This document shows positions 17,668-27,453 of a stretch of DNA of 64,000 bases, piece by piece; position 1 is the first letter of the stretch; every line of letters starts with the position of its first letter. This DNA is from Anaerolineae bacterium (lineage in GTDB: Bacteria > Chloroflexota > Anaerolineae > S140-20), in NCBI GenBank assembly GCA_027021705.1, contig JALUTT010000056.1, positions 32,001 through 96,000 on the forward strand, read 5' to 3'. Below the pieces are notes generated by a model. That model had not been told where the DNA came from. It ran no database searches and worked only from the letters and a program-made list of their open reading frames with translations. Made by a program: the position numbers and the translations under genes.

Positions 17668-18863
17668 ACTTGGCCTACGTCAGCCCGTTGCCCCCGCTTC
17701 CGTCGGGGGTGGCCGATTACAGTGCCGTCCTGCTCCCTCACCTGCGGCCCCACTTCTCTCGCATCGTCGCCGTGGTGGATGGGTACGCGCCGCACCTGCC
17801 CCTGGGCCTGGTGGACCAGGTGCACGACGCCTCCCAGGAGCCCGACTGGTGGCTCCGGGAGCAGGCGGTCCCCCTCTACCATATGGGCAACCACCCGGCT
17901 TACCATCGCTACATCTACCGATTGCTACAGCGTGTTCCCGGCGTCACCGTCCTCCACGACGGCAACCTGTTGCCCTTCGTCCACGAGCTGACGCTGGCGC
18001 GGGGGGAGCGCAGCGCCTTCGTCCGGGAGGCCGGTCTCGAGCGGGGTCGGGAGGGGGTGCGGGCTGCTTGGGACAGCCTGCGCCAGGCCCTCCCGCTGCC
18101 CCCTGATGACTACCCGATGCTCGGCCGGGTGTTGCGGGCCAGCCTGGGTGTGATCGTTCACAACCGATACCTGTACGAGCGGGGGAAGCAGGTCTACCCC
18201 CAGGCCCGGCTGACGGTGATTCCCCACCTGGACCTGATGCCCCCCGATCCCAATCCCCCGCCCCGCCGGGACCTGAAGGCGTCGCTGGGATTGGACCCCG
18301 ACGTGCTGCTCATCGGGGCCTTCGGCTTCATCGCGCCGTCGAAGCGGCTGGAGCCGGCGCTGCGGGCCTTCTCCCGACTGCGGGAGGAGTTCCCCCAGGC
18401 CCGCCTGGTCTGCGTGGGCCAGGTGGTCGAAGGCTACAACTTCCGGGCCTCGTTGAAGGAAATGGGCCTGGAGGACGTGGTCCGGGTGACCGGCTACGTC
18501 CCGATGGAGACCTTCCGGCGCTATCTGAGGGCGGTAGACGTGGGGGTGAACCTGCGCTACCCGACCTGGGGGGAGAGCTCCGGGCCGCTCCTGCGCCTGA
18601 TGGCCTGTGGCGTGCCCACGCTGGTGACCGATGCCGGAGGGTTCGCCGAACTGCCCGACGAAGCGGTGGTGAAGGTGCCGGCCGGGCCCGGCGAGGTAGA
18701 GGCCATCGAGACCGCCCTGCGCGCCCTCCTGAGCGATCCCCAGCGCCGGGCGACCATCGGAGAGGCAGCCCGCGCCTTCATCGCCGATGAGTGCGATCCC
18801 ACTCGGGTAGCAGAACGGTATGCGACCTTCATCCGGGCAACCGTATGCGGATCGTCCACGTAA
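17664..18863 (+). CDS. Glycosyltransferase family 4
   Basis: YVSPLPPLPSGVADYS, YHMGN, FGFIAPSKR, NLRYPTWGESSG. Confidence 0.9.
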   Translation: MNLAYVSPLPPLPSGVADYSAVLLPHLRPHFSRIVAVVDGYAPHLPLGLVDQVHDASQEPDWWLREQAVPLYHMGNHPAYHRYIYRLLQRVPGVTVLHDGNLLPFVHELTLARGERSAFVREAGLERGREGVRAAWDSLRQALPLPPDDYPMLGRVLRASLGVIVHNRYLYERGKQVYPQARLTVIPHLDLMPPDPNPPPRRDLKASLGLDPDVLLIGAFGFIAPSKRLEPALRAFSRLREEFPQARLVCVGQVVEGYNFRASLKEMGLEDVVRVTGYVPMETFRRYLRAVDVGVNLRYPTWGESSGPLLRLMACGVPTLVTDAGGFAELPDEAVVKVPAGPGEVEAIETALRALLSDPQRRATIGEAARAFIADECDPTRVAERYATFIRATVCGSST

Positions 18864-20080
18864 CCCATCGGGCTTGGCCGGTCGTCGGAGGATCGGAGCG
18901 ATACGTGCAGGAGATCGCCCGCCGGCAGGCGCTGGAAGGGCACCAAGTGACCATCCTCGCCACCGACGCCGAGGAACTGACGGCCCTCTGGGACCGCCGG
19001 GGGAAGCGGCTGGGGCCGGAAGTCCCGACGGTGCACCAGGGGGTGCGGATACGGCGGCTGCCGGTCCGTCCATTGCCCCTGGGGCGGGTCACCTTCCCCG
19101 CCCTGCGGTGGACCACCTGGCTGGTCGGCCACCTTTCGACCGGGGGAGCCCTGGCCCTCGCCCGCTTCAGCCCCCGGGTGCCAGCCCTGGCGGAGGCTCT
19201 GCGGGAGGCAGAAGCCGATCTCCTCTTTGCCTGGAACATCACGTTGGAGGGCTTGACGGCGGCGGTGGTCCGGGAGGCACGGCGACGGGGAGTCCCCTGG
19301 ATCGCTGTGCCCCTCCTGCACCTGGGCCGGCCCCGCTTCTACACGATGCGCCACCAACGGGCGTTGTTGAAGAGGGCCTCGGCGGTGCTGACCCCAACGC
19401 CCGGCGAGCGGGCTTTCCTGGTGGAACAGGGCCTTTCTCCCGGCCAGGTTCACGTCATCAGCCCGGGAGTGGATCCCGCTGAGGGGGCAGAGGCGGATGG
19501 GCAGCGCTTTCGACGGAAATATGGCCTCCACGGCCCCCTCGTCGTCACCCTGGGAGCGCTGGGCTACGACAAGGGGACGCTGCACCTGCTGGCCGCCGCC
19601 CAGCAGCTGTGGCGTCAGGGACGCACCTTGACCCTGGCCCTGCTGGGGCCGCAACAGGAGAGCGTGCGTCGTGCCCTGAACCGGCTGCCGGAGCCCCAAC
19701 GGGCCGCCTGTCTTGCCCCGGGGCTGGTGTCCGAGGAGGAGAAGTGGGATGCCCTGGAGGCCGCCGATGTGGTGGCCCTCCCCTCCCGGACCGAATCCTT
19801 CGGCCTGGTCTTCCTGGAAGCCTGGTTGCGGGGGAAGCCGGTGATCGGGGCCCGGGCCGGGGCCGTCGCCGACGTGATCCGCCACGGTGTGGATGGGCTT
19901 CTGGTGCCCTTCGGCGACGTGGAAGGATTGGCCGAGGCGCTGCGCACGCTCTTGGACGACCCCGTCCAGGCCAGGACGATGGGCCAGCGGGGACGGGAAA
20001 AGGTCCTGCAAACCTACACCTGGGCACACCAGTACGACCGCCTGCGGACCGTGATGGAGGCGGTGATGGAGGGACGATGA
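18845..20080 (+). CDS. Glycosyltransferase family 4
   Basis: MRIVHV...GGSERY; LPSRTESFGLVFLEAW (EX7E). Confidence 0.9.
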   Translation: MRIVHVTHRAWPVVGGSERYVQEIARRQALEGHQVTILATDAEELTALWDRRGKRLGPEVPTVHQGVRIRRLPVRPLPLGRVTFPALRWTTWLVGHLSTGGALALARFSPRVPALAEALREAEADLLFAWNITLEGLTAAVVREARRRGVPWIAVPLLHLGRPRFYTMRHQRALLKRASAVLTPTPGERAFLVEQGLSPGQVHVISPGVDPAEGAEADGQRFRRKYGLHGPLVVTLGALGYDKGTLHLLAAAQQLWRQGRTLTLALLGPQQESVRRALNRLPEPQRAACLAPGLVSEEEKWDALEAADVVALPSRTESFGLVFLEAWLRGKPVIGARAGAVADVIRHGVDGLLVPFGDVEGLAEALRTLLDDPVQARTMGQRGREKVLQTYTWAHQYDRLRTVMEAVMEGR

Positions 20081-20081
20081 G

Positions 20082-20540
20082 ATGTCCATCTTCAGCGTGC
20101 ATACGACCGACGACGATGTCGAAGCTGCGATGGTCGCCGTCGCCGACGCCCTGCGCCAATGGGAGGGGGGAGAAGCACTCCCACTGGACCTCTCCCTCCT
20201 CCAGAGTCAGGGGGAACGGTTGAGCCAGCAGGCCCATCAACTGCTCTTCCAGTGGAACGTGGACGGCAACGCCATCATCCATTCCACGCGCCCGAGGGTG
20301 GGGCCGTGGATCATCCGCTTCCAGGTGGTGGTGCGCCGGCTCACCTGGTGGTTCCTGGAGCCGATCCTGCACCAGATCCGCCTCTTCCAGCGCAACACAG
20401 CCCACGTGGTGCACAGCCTGACCCAGAACCAGGAGCAGCTTGCGGCCCACATCGCGGCCCTGGAAGCCCAGGTGGAAGCCCTCCAGCGGCGTCTGGAGGC
20501 CGAGCGCCAAGCTGGGGGAAGGCCCCGAGGCACCAAGTGA
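20082..20540 (+). CDS. Small coiled-coil hypothetical protein related to 17263..17667
   Basis: STRPRVGPWI...WWFLEPILHQIRLFQ followed by a coiled coil. Confidence 0.7.
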   Translation: MSIFSVHTTDDDVEAAMVAVADALRQWEGGEALPLDLSLLQSQGERLSQQAHQLLFQWNVDGNAIIHSTRPRVGPWIIRFQVVVRRLTWWFLEPILHQIRLFQRNTAHVVHSLTQNQEQLAAHIAALEAQVEALQRRLEAERQAGGRPRGTK

Positions 20541-20608
20541 CCATCCGACCATCCGACCACCTGACCACCTGACCAAACGACCAAGCGACCACTTGACCAA
20601 ACGACCAG
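20531..20608 (+). repeat. 8-bp tandem repeat (GACCANNN) x ~9-10
   Basis: caccaagt gaccatcc gaccatcc gaccacct gaccacct gaccaaac gaccaagc gaccactt gaccaaac gaccag. Confidence 0.9.
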
Positions 20609-22450
20609 ATGCCCCCAAAGGTGACCATCATCATCCTAACGTGGAACGGGCTGGAGTACACCCGGGCTTGCCTCGACTCCCTGCGGGCCCACACCCCCCT
20701 GGGGGAGGCGGTGCAGGTCCTCGTGGTGGACAACGGGAGCACCGACGGGACGCTGCCCTACCTGCGGAGCCTGGACTGGATCCGGCTGATCGAGAACGGG
20801 CGCAACCTGGGCTTCGTGCGGGGCAACAACGTTGGCATCCGCGCCACGCCGCCGGACCACGACGTACTGCTCCTCAACAACGACATCGTGATCCCCCAGG
20901 ACGGCTGGCTGGAGGAGATCCAGCGCGTGGCCTATTCCGCCGACGACATCGGCATTGTCGGCTGCCGGCTGATCCTGCCCGATGGCCGGCTCCTCCACGC
21001 CGGGACCTACATGCCCCTGGGGAGCTTCTGGGGCCAGCAGATCGGCAGCCTGGAGAAGGATGTCAACCAGTACAACGCCAATCGGGACGTGGAAGGGGTC
21101 GTGGGGGCCTGCATGTACATCAAGCGGGCGGTGCTGGAAGCCATCGGCCCCCTGGACGAGGCCTTCTTCTCCTACTTCGAGGACACCGACTACTGCCTGC
21201 GTGCGGCAGAGGCAGGATTTCGGACCGTCTGCGCGGGCGGGGTAACGCTGATCCACCACGAGAACGTCAGCACCCGCATCAACCGCGTGAATTTCTCCAA
21301 GATATTTCGGGAATCGCAGAAGACCTTTCGCAAACGATGGGAGCGTAAGTTGAAAGCACGATACGACACCAGCGTCCTCTGGCACTCCGAGGTGGGCTCG
21401 GCCTCGGGGTACGCGGTCTCTTCTCGGGAGTTGCTCCTCCAACTGGACGCCCTGGGCGTGGACGTGCGGCTGGTCTACATCTACGGCACCGATTGGATGG
21501 ACACCCAGCGCGACGACCACCGCCTGGCCGCGATGCGCCAGCGGCCCAAAGACCTGAACCTCCCCCAGGTCGTCTACGCCCCCGGCGAACTCTTCTCCAA
21601 GAACAGCGGGCGCTACCGGATCGGCTACACGATGCTGGAGGTGGACGGCATCCCCGAGGCGTGGGTCCGGCTCTGCAACGAGATGGACGAGGTCTGGGTG
21701 CCCAGCACCTTCAACGCCGAGACCTTTCGCGCCAGCGGCGTCACCCGCCCCATCCACGTGATGCCCCTGGGGGTCAACCCCGACTACTTCAACCCCCGCA
21801 TCCGGGGATACCGGCCCTCGTCCCGCTACACCTTCCTCTCCCTCTTTGAGTGGGGAGAGCGCAAAGCGCCCGAAATACTGCTGCGGGCTTACTTCCGGGC
21901 CTTCCGCCGGGATGACGATGTCCTGCTGCTTCTCAAGGTCATCAACCGGGACCCCGGTGTGGACGTAAAGGCCCAGATCGCTGCCCTGAACCTGCCCGAC
22001 GATGGACCGCCGGTGGCGATGCTCTACAACCAGGAACTCCCTACTTACCAGATGGGGAGCCTCTACCGCTCCGCCGACTGCTTCGTGTTTCCCACGCGGG
22101 GCGAGGGGTGGGGACTGCCCATCCTGGAGGCGATGGCCTGTGGGCTGCCCGTCATCGCCACCGCCTGGAGCGCCCACACCGACTTTATGCACGAGGGGAA
22201 TGCCTACCCCCTGCGGGTGGCCAAGCTGATCCCGGCGCGGGCCAAATGCCCTTACTACGAGGGATTCCGCTGGGCCCACCCCGATGAGGATCACCTGGTC
22301 CACCTGATGCGCCACGTCTACGAGCACCGGGAGGAAGCTGCGGCCAAGGGAGCGGCAGCCTCGGCGGAAGTGCTCTCCCGGTGGACGTGGCGGCACGCTG
22401 CCCAGAAGATCAAGGCACGCCTCCAGGAGATTCACGAGGCGCTGACGTAA
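20609..22450 (+). CDS. Bifunctional glycosyltransferase (GT2 fused to GT4)
   Basis: N-terminal VVDNGSTDGT, LLLNND, YFEDTD; C-terminal FPTRGEGWGLPILEAMACG. Confidence 0.9.
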   Translation: MPPKVTIIILTWNGLEYTRACLDSLRAHTPLGEAVQVLVVDNGSTDGTLPYLRSLDWIRLIENGRNLGFVRGNNVGIRATPPDHDVLLLNNDIVIPQDGWLEEIQRVAYSADDIGIVGCRLILPDGRLLHAGTYMPLGSFWGQQIGSLEKDVNQYNANRDVEGVVGACMYIKRAVLEAIGPLDEAFFSYFEDTDYCLRAAEAGFRTVCAGGVTLIHHENVSTRINRVNFSKIFRESQKTFRKRWERKLKARYDTSVLWHSEVGSASGYAVSSRELLLQLDALGVDVRLVYIYGTDWMDTQRDDHRLAAMRQRPKDLNLPQVVYAPGELFSKNSGRYRIGYTMLEVDGIPEAWVRLCNEMDEVWVPSTFNAETFRASGVTRPIHVMPLGVNPDYFNPRIRGYRPSSRYTFLSLFEWGERKAPEILLRAYFRAFRRDDDVLLLLKVINRDPGVDVKAQIAALNLPDDGPPVAMLYNQELPTYQMGSLYRSADCFVFPTRGEGWGLPILEAMACGLPVIATAWSAHTDFMHEGNAYPLRVAKLIPARAKCPYYEGFRWAHPDEDHLVHLMRHVYEHREEAAAKGAAASAEVLSRWTWRHAAQKIKARLQEIHEALT

Positions 22451-22460
22451 TGCTTTGCCG

Positions 22461-23693
22461 ATGAAGATCGCCATAGACATCACAATCCTCCACATCGCTC
22501 AGGCAGGCATCTTTTACTACCACTACAACCTGGTGCGGGCGCTGCTAGACCGGCCTTCGCCCCACCAGTTCCTGTTGCTGGACTACCACCCCATCCACGG
22601 TGGCTGGACCAATCCGCCGGAGATGACGAACCTGACGGCTCCCCACGCCGAGGTCCGGCAGGTGAAGGGGCTGCGCCATCGGAAGCTCTCCCGGCTCTGG
22701 TTTATGCAGAGGCCGCTCCTCTGGCCGCTGGCCAAGGGGGTGGACCAGGTTCTGCTCCACCCATGGAGCAAGCTGGCCGAGTGGGTGATGCAACACCAGT
22801 TGCACAAGCATTTGGACGGCGTAGCCCTCTTTCATGCCTCCAGCGTGGTCCCCTATGCGCTTCCCCACGCCAAAAACGTTACCACCATCTACGACCTGAC
22901 CCCGCTGCTCTTTCCCGAGCACCACACGATGCAGACGCGGGACCTCTACCGCCGCTTCTTCCGCTTCGCGCAGACCGAGGCCGATGCGGTGATCGTCATC
23001 TCCGAAGCCACCAAACGGGATGTCATCACCCACCTGGACTTGGAGCCGGAGCGGGTTCACGTCGTCCACGCCGGCGTGGATCCCCGCTTCCATCCCCTGG
23101 ACAGGACTACGGTCGCGCAGGCCCTTGCCTCGCTGGAACTGCAACCTCAGCGCTACATCCTTCACGTGGGGACCATCGAGCCCCGCAAGAACCTGGTGCG
23201 GCTGATCGAGGCCTATCATCGGCTGCGGCAAGAGGTATCCCCGCCGGTTCCCCAACTGGTATTGGCGGGGGCATTGGGATGGATGTCAGAGGAGGTGTTC
23301 AGGCGGGTCAAAGCCCTTGGCCTGGAGGACGACGTTCGCTTTGTCGGGCGAGTGGAGGGAGCAGTCCTACCGGCCCTCTACAACGGTGCCCGGCTCTTCG
23401 CCTATCCGTCCCTCTACGAGGGCTTCGGCATGCCCGTCCTGGAGGCCATGGCCTGTGGGACGCCCGTGGTCACCAGCAATGTCTCCTCCCTGCCGGAGGT
23501 CGCAGGGGATGCCTGCCTGCTGGTGGACCCCACAGATGTCCGCCAGGTCGCCCAAGCGATGGCGAGGCTGCTGGAAGACGACGCCCTGAGAGACCGGCTC
23601 CGGCAGAAAGGGCTCGCGAGGGCCGCCCAATTCCGGTGGGACAGGGCGGCGACAAAAGCGTTGCAGGTGTATGATGGCCTGTTGGCAGGTTAG
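22461..23693 (+). CDS. Glycosyltransferase family 4 (mannosyltransferase-like)
   Basis: VGTIEPRKN, YPSLYEGFGMPVLEAMACG, SSLPEVAGDA. Confidence 0.9.
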   Translation: MKIAIDITILHIAQAGIFYYHYNLVRALLDRPSPHQFLLLDYHPIHGGWTNPPEMTNLTAPHAEVRQVKGLRHRKLSRLWFMQRPLLWPLAKGVDQVLLHPWSKLAEWVMQHQLHKHLDGVALFHASSVVPYALPHAKNVTTIYDLTPLLFPEHHTMQTRDLYRRFFRFAQTEADAVIVISEATKRDVITHLDLEPERVHVVHAGVDPRFHPLDRTTVAQALASLELQPQRYILHVGTIEPRKNLVRLIEAYHRLRQEVSPPVPQLVLAGALGWMSEEVFRRVKALGLEDDVRFVGRVEGAVLPALYNGARLFAYPSLYEGFGMPVLEAMACGTPVVTSNVSSLPEVAGDACLLVDPTDVRQVAQAMARLLEDDALRDRLRQKGLARAAQFRWDRAATKALQVYDGLLAG

Positions 23694-23716
23694 CCCATGC
23701 GAATGGTGAGAATGCT

Positions 23717-25363
23717 ATGGCAGAAATGCCAAAAGCCCTTTACAAGGAGACCTTGGAGACCACCAACAGCCAGCCACCGTCGCAACATGCTACGAGGTTC
23801 TTGCGTTACGTGGTTATCACCGTGGGATTTCTCGTATCATTGATGGTGTATTATTCAAATCCTCTTTCAGGGCTCAAAGGCTTTATCTACAACTCCGATG
23901 CGCTCTATCTTCCCTCCCTGTACGCTGATTTCATTCGCGGAAATGACCTTTCGAAGTGGAACCTACCACCAACCCCCTACTTCTTCCCCGATATGCCCTT
24001 GTATTTTGCCATAAGAGTTATCACACCGAACATCCACATGGCAGCAGTCCTTTTTGGACTGATCCAACTTCTGATGTTTGCTCTAGGCCTAATGCTCCTC
24101 TCCAGGCACTCACTGCCTCATTGGTATGGCTCGACCCGCTACAGCCTAATTGCGTTGATGGGTGTACTTTTCCTCGTTTCACTCGAGAAGTTGGAGTATT
24201 ACAGCCAAACGATATTTGTAGGCACCTACCATTTTGGCATCGTCTTGATGATCCCCTTTGTACTGGCAATCACGTTGAGTTTAGTAAGGGGATCTCGGAC
24301 AAAAGCCCCTCTTGTCTGGACACTGTGCGCCTTATCGTTTCTCACCGCTGTGTCAGACGGATGGTATCTTATCCAGGTCACAATTCCGCTTATCGGCAGC
24401 TTGGCGGTGCTGTATCTGAGGGGAAGAGTGGATTCCAAGGGTGCTTTCACCGTAGTAAAAGCTGTCGTCCCGGCAAGCTTGATGGGCATAGGAGTGAGCC
24501 TGGTGTATGTGTGGAAAGAGCCCGCTTTGAGGACATATGTATTCAGACCCAATTCGATATACCTGTCCTTTTTACGACTCACTGACGCCCTGGCGACAAT
24601 ACCCGCTTATCACATTGTACTGGCGACGATCTTCATTAGTATGTGCGTATTCGCTTCCTTGAAATCCGTAGCTCGCCCTCTTCCCCACGAGACGTTCTCA
24701 ACAAGCGCAGACAGAGCATCTAGACTCCTGCCGTTGTATTTTCTTCTTTCCTTCGCCTTAAACGTCCTTACCGTGATAGGCCTGGGAGTGTTCGCCGACC
24801 GCAACGGGTTTCATTACTTCATCCCTCTCTTCATTTTCTCAGGGTTCTGGGGATTCCCTTTTGTGGCCACCGTACCAAAGATTATCAAACCGATGTTCCT
24901 CGAGCGAATCGTGTTGGGTGTCTTAGGTCTGATTGCCCTTCTTGCATTGAGAAGCATAGATCTTCAGCAGATCGTTGAGAATCTCACCGATACCTACTAT
25001 CCTCCCTCCGTAAGGTGTCTAGACGAAAAGACGGCCCAACTGGGAATAAAGTATGGTGTTGCTAACTATTGGCAAGCTAAACCCATTTCCCTGCTATCCC
25101 AGAACGATCTGATGGTGGTCCAAGTAAATCGGGATTTATCCCCGTTTTACTGGATTAACAATCCAGATTGGTATAAAATAAGGCCGGAGTTTGCTGTCAT
25201 TGATCTGAGCCTGCCGGAGAATCACCCTTGGCGTCTGGATGAAAATCTCATCAGAAACCGCTTTGGTGAGCCAGACGCCATCTTTCAATGTGAACATAGC
25301 CAGGTTCTCGTTTACAATCGTCCTACCAGTGAATTTCGGGATCTGTTCAACGATGCTCCTTAA
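23717..25363 (+). CDS. AT-rich multi-TM protein, probable GT-C glycosyltransferase
   Basis: YNSDALYLP...PYFFPD N-terminal loop; many TM helices; visibly lower GC than its neighbours. Confidence 0.65.
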   Translation: MAEMPKALYKETLETTNSQPPSQHATRFLRYVVITVGFLVSLMVYYSNPLSGLKGFIYNSDALYLPSLYADFIRGNDLSKWNLPPTPYFFPDMPLYFAIRVITPNIHMAAVLFGLIQLLMFALGLMLLSRHSLPHWYGSTRYSLIALMGVLFLVSLEKLEYYSQTIFVGTYHFGIVLMIPFVLAITLSLVRGSRTKAPLVWTLCALSFLTAVSDGWYLIQVTIPLIGSLAVLYLRGRVDSKGAFTVVKAVVPASLMGIGVSLVYVWKEPALRTYVFRPNSIYLSFLRLTDALATIPAYHIVLATIFISMCVFASLKSVARPLPHETFSTSADRASRLLPLYFLLSFALNVLTVIGLGVFADRNGFHYFIPLFIFSGFWGFPFVATVPKIIKPMFLERIVLGVLGLIALLALRSIDLQQIVENLTDTYYPPSVRCLDEKTAQLGIKYGVANYWQAKPISLLSQNDLMVVQVNRDLSPFYWINNPDWYKIRPEFAVIDLSLPENHPWRLDENLIRNRFGEPDAIFQCEHSQVLVYNRPTSEFRDLFNDAP

Positions 25364-25474
25364 ATGCAACAGGCCCGCATTCTGTTTTGATCCTATAGGT
25401 TCGCACACAGCTATGAGCAGTGTGAGATAGAAGATGGGTGATGAAAGGCAGTAAGTACGTATGAGAGGTGAAAG

Positions 25475-27388
25475 ATGAAAAAGGGAAATGGTGAACGTGA
25501 TTGGCTAGGCTCTGGGAACAAGCTTCCCATTGGGGTTGGTGGATTGCTGGTGGTCTTCATCCTTGCAGTGGTGGTGTTCCTGCCTGGTCCCTCCACGGCT
25601 GCTCCGGCTGCCTTCCCTCCCGTTCAGGCGAACTTTCCCATCGCTTTGAACGGGGCTCGGGTGCAGGGCTCCTCCATCGCTCTGGGTGACTTGACCAACG
25701 ACGGCGTCCCCGAAATCGTGGTCGGTGGCCTTGACGGCAAGGTCCACGCCTACCGAGGAAATGGGACGAGGCTGTGGGAGTACGATACCGGCGATATGGC
25801 CATCGAGAGCAAGGCGGCCATCGGCGACATAGATGGAGACGGCTGGAACGAGGTCGTCGTCGGGGCGGGAAGCACCTTCACGCCCGACAGTCACGGCGGA
25901 CTCTACGTCCTGGAGCCCACAGGCAGCCTGCGCTGCGCCTTCCAGACCGGCGACTTCGACAACGATGGCTGGCGCGACGGCGTCTTCTCCTCGCCGGCCC
26001 TGGCCGATATTGACCAGAACGATAACGGCAAGCTGGAGATCATCTTCGGCGGCTGGGATGGCTACGTGCGCGTCCTCAACGACGACTGCTCCGTCGTCTG
26101 GCAGACCTTTGTGCGGGATACCGTCTGGTCTTCCCCGGCCATCGGCGATGTGGACCGAGATGGTCGTCCTGAGATCGTCATCGGTGTGGACGCTCACTAC
26201 GAGCCGGGCTTCGGTACCGAGGACGGCGGCATCCTGCACGTCTACAACCACGACGGCAGCGAACTGTCGGGCTTTCCCATCCAGATTGACGAAGTGATCT
26301 ACTCCTCACCGGCCTTGGGGGACATCAACGGCGACGGCTGGCTGGAGATCGTCGTGGGTACCGGCTACTGCTGGGCCAACCCCGCCTGCGCGCCCAACGG
26401 TCAGGTTCACCCCGGCGTGGGGCAGTACCTGAACGCCTGGGACCACAACGGGAACTACCTACCGGGGTGGCCCAAGGCCCTGAACGACACCTACGCCTTC
26501 GCCTCGCCGGCCCTGGCCGACCTGGACAACGATGAGAAGCCCGAAGTGATCGTGAACACCGCCGACGGCTACGTCCACGCCCTCAACGAAGATGGCAGCT
26601 ATGTACCCGGCTGGCCCGTCCTCCCCACCACACCGTCGGGACCGGGGAGCGTCGTCCACGTGCCCACCAACGCCTCCCCCGTGGCCGCCGACCTCGACGG
26701 CGATGGGTCCATCGAGGTCGTGCTGCCCTCCAACTGGGAGTTGGTGGTGTGGGACTCGGCAGGGAACCAACTCACCCGGGACAGCTTCCCATCCGAATCG
26801 GGGGACTGGGAACTGGTGACCGATTACACGGTCAGTGGGTCGGCGGCCGTCGGCGACATTGATGGGGACGGCGATACCGAAGTCGTCGTAGGGGGAGCCA
26901 TCAGCGGTGGGGAAACCGGTGCTCTCTACGTCTGGGACCTCGATGGAGCTCCCCCTGCCGACACCTCCTGGCCCACCTTCCGTAGGGACCGCCTGAACCA
27001 GGCCCGCTATCCGTTACCCGCCATCCTCACCGTCCGGCCTAACTCCTTCTTCCTTTTCCATCCCTATGGGAGCCTCGCCGATCTTACCACCTCCCTGTTG
27101 ATCGAGAACAGCGGGGATGGAACCATCACCTGGGATGCGGTGGCCAGCGACGCCCGAGTCTCCCTCTCGCCGACCAACGGTCAGGTCTCGCAGGACACCA
27201 CGCTGGTGCAGGTGACCATCTCCCTGGGGAGCAGCGTGATCACGGGCACCCACGACCTGGGCACCATCACCGTCACCGGCATCGCCAATGCAGGCAATGT
27301 CCAGAACAGCCCGACCACGGTACCCATCACCGTCTACGTGGGAAAGGTCTACCGCGCTTTCCTCCCCGTAGCCATACGAGGCCGGTAG
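25475..27388 (+). CDS. Secreted FG-GAP/VCBS repeat beta-propeller protein with a C-terminal Ig-like domain
   Basis: Repeated SSPA[LI][GA]D[IL][DN]GDGxxE[IV]V; signal peptide; ends AFLPVAIRGR. Confidence 0.85.
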   Translation: MKKGNGERDWLGSGNKLPIGVGGLLVVFILAVVVFLPGPSTAAPAAFPPVQANFPIALNGARVQGSSIALGDLTNDGVPEIVVGGLDGKVHAYRGNGTRLWEYDTGDMAIESKAAIGDIDGDGWNEVVVGAGSTFTPDSHGGLYVLEPTGSLRCAFQTGDFDNDGWRDGVFSSPALADIDQNDNGKLEIIFGGWDGYVRVLNDDCSVVWQTFVRDTVWSSPAIGDVDRDGRPEIVIGVDAHYEPGFGTEDGGILHVYNHDGSELSGFPIQIDEVIYSSPALGDINGDGWLEIVVGTGYCWANPACAPNGQVHPGVGQYLNAWDHNGNYLPGWPKALNDTYAFASPALADLDNDEKPEVIVNTADGYVHALNEDGSYVPGWPVLPTTPSGPGSVVHVPTNASPVAADLDGDGSIEVVLPSNWELVVWDSAGNQLTRDSFPSESGDWELVTDYTVSGSAAVGDIDGDGDTEVVVGGAISGGETGALYVWDLDGAPPADTSWPTFRRDRLNQARYPLPAILTVRPNSFFLFHPYGSLADLTTSLLIENSGDGTITWDAVASDARVSLSPTNGQVSQDTTLVQVTISLGSSVITGTHDLGTITVTGIANAGNVQNSPTTVPITVYVGKVYRAFLPVAIRGR

Positions 27389-27453
27389 CCACCGCGTAAG
27401 GGGCAGCCACTGGTGCTGCCCTTACTTGTGGGGACTTACCACGAGGAAGGGAT

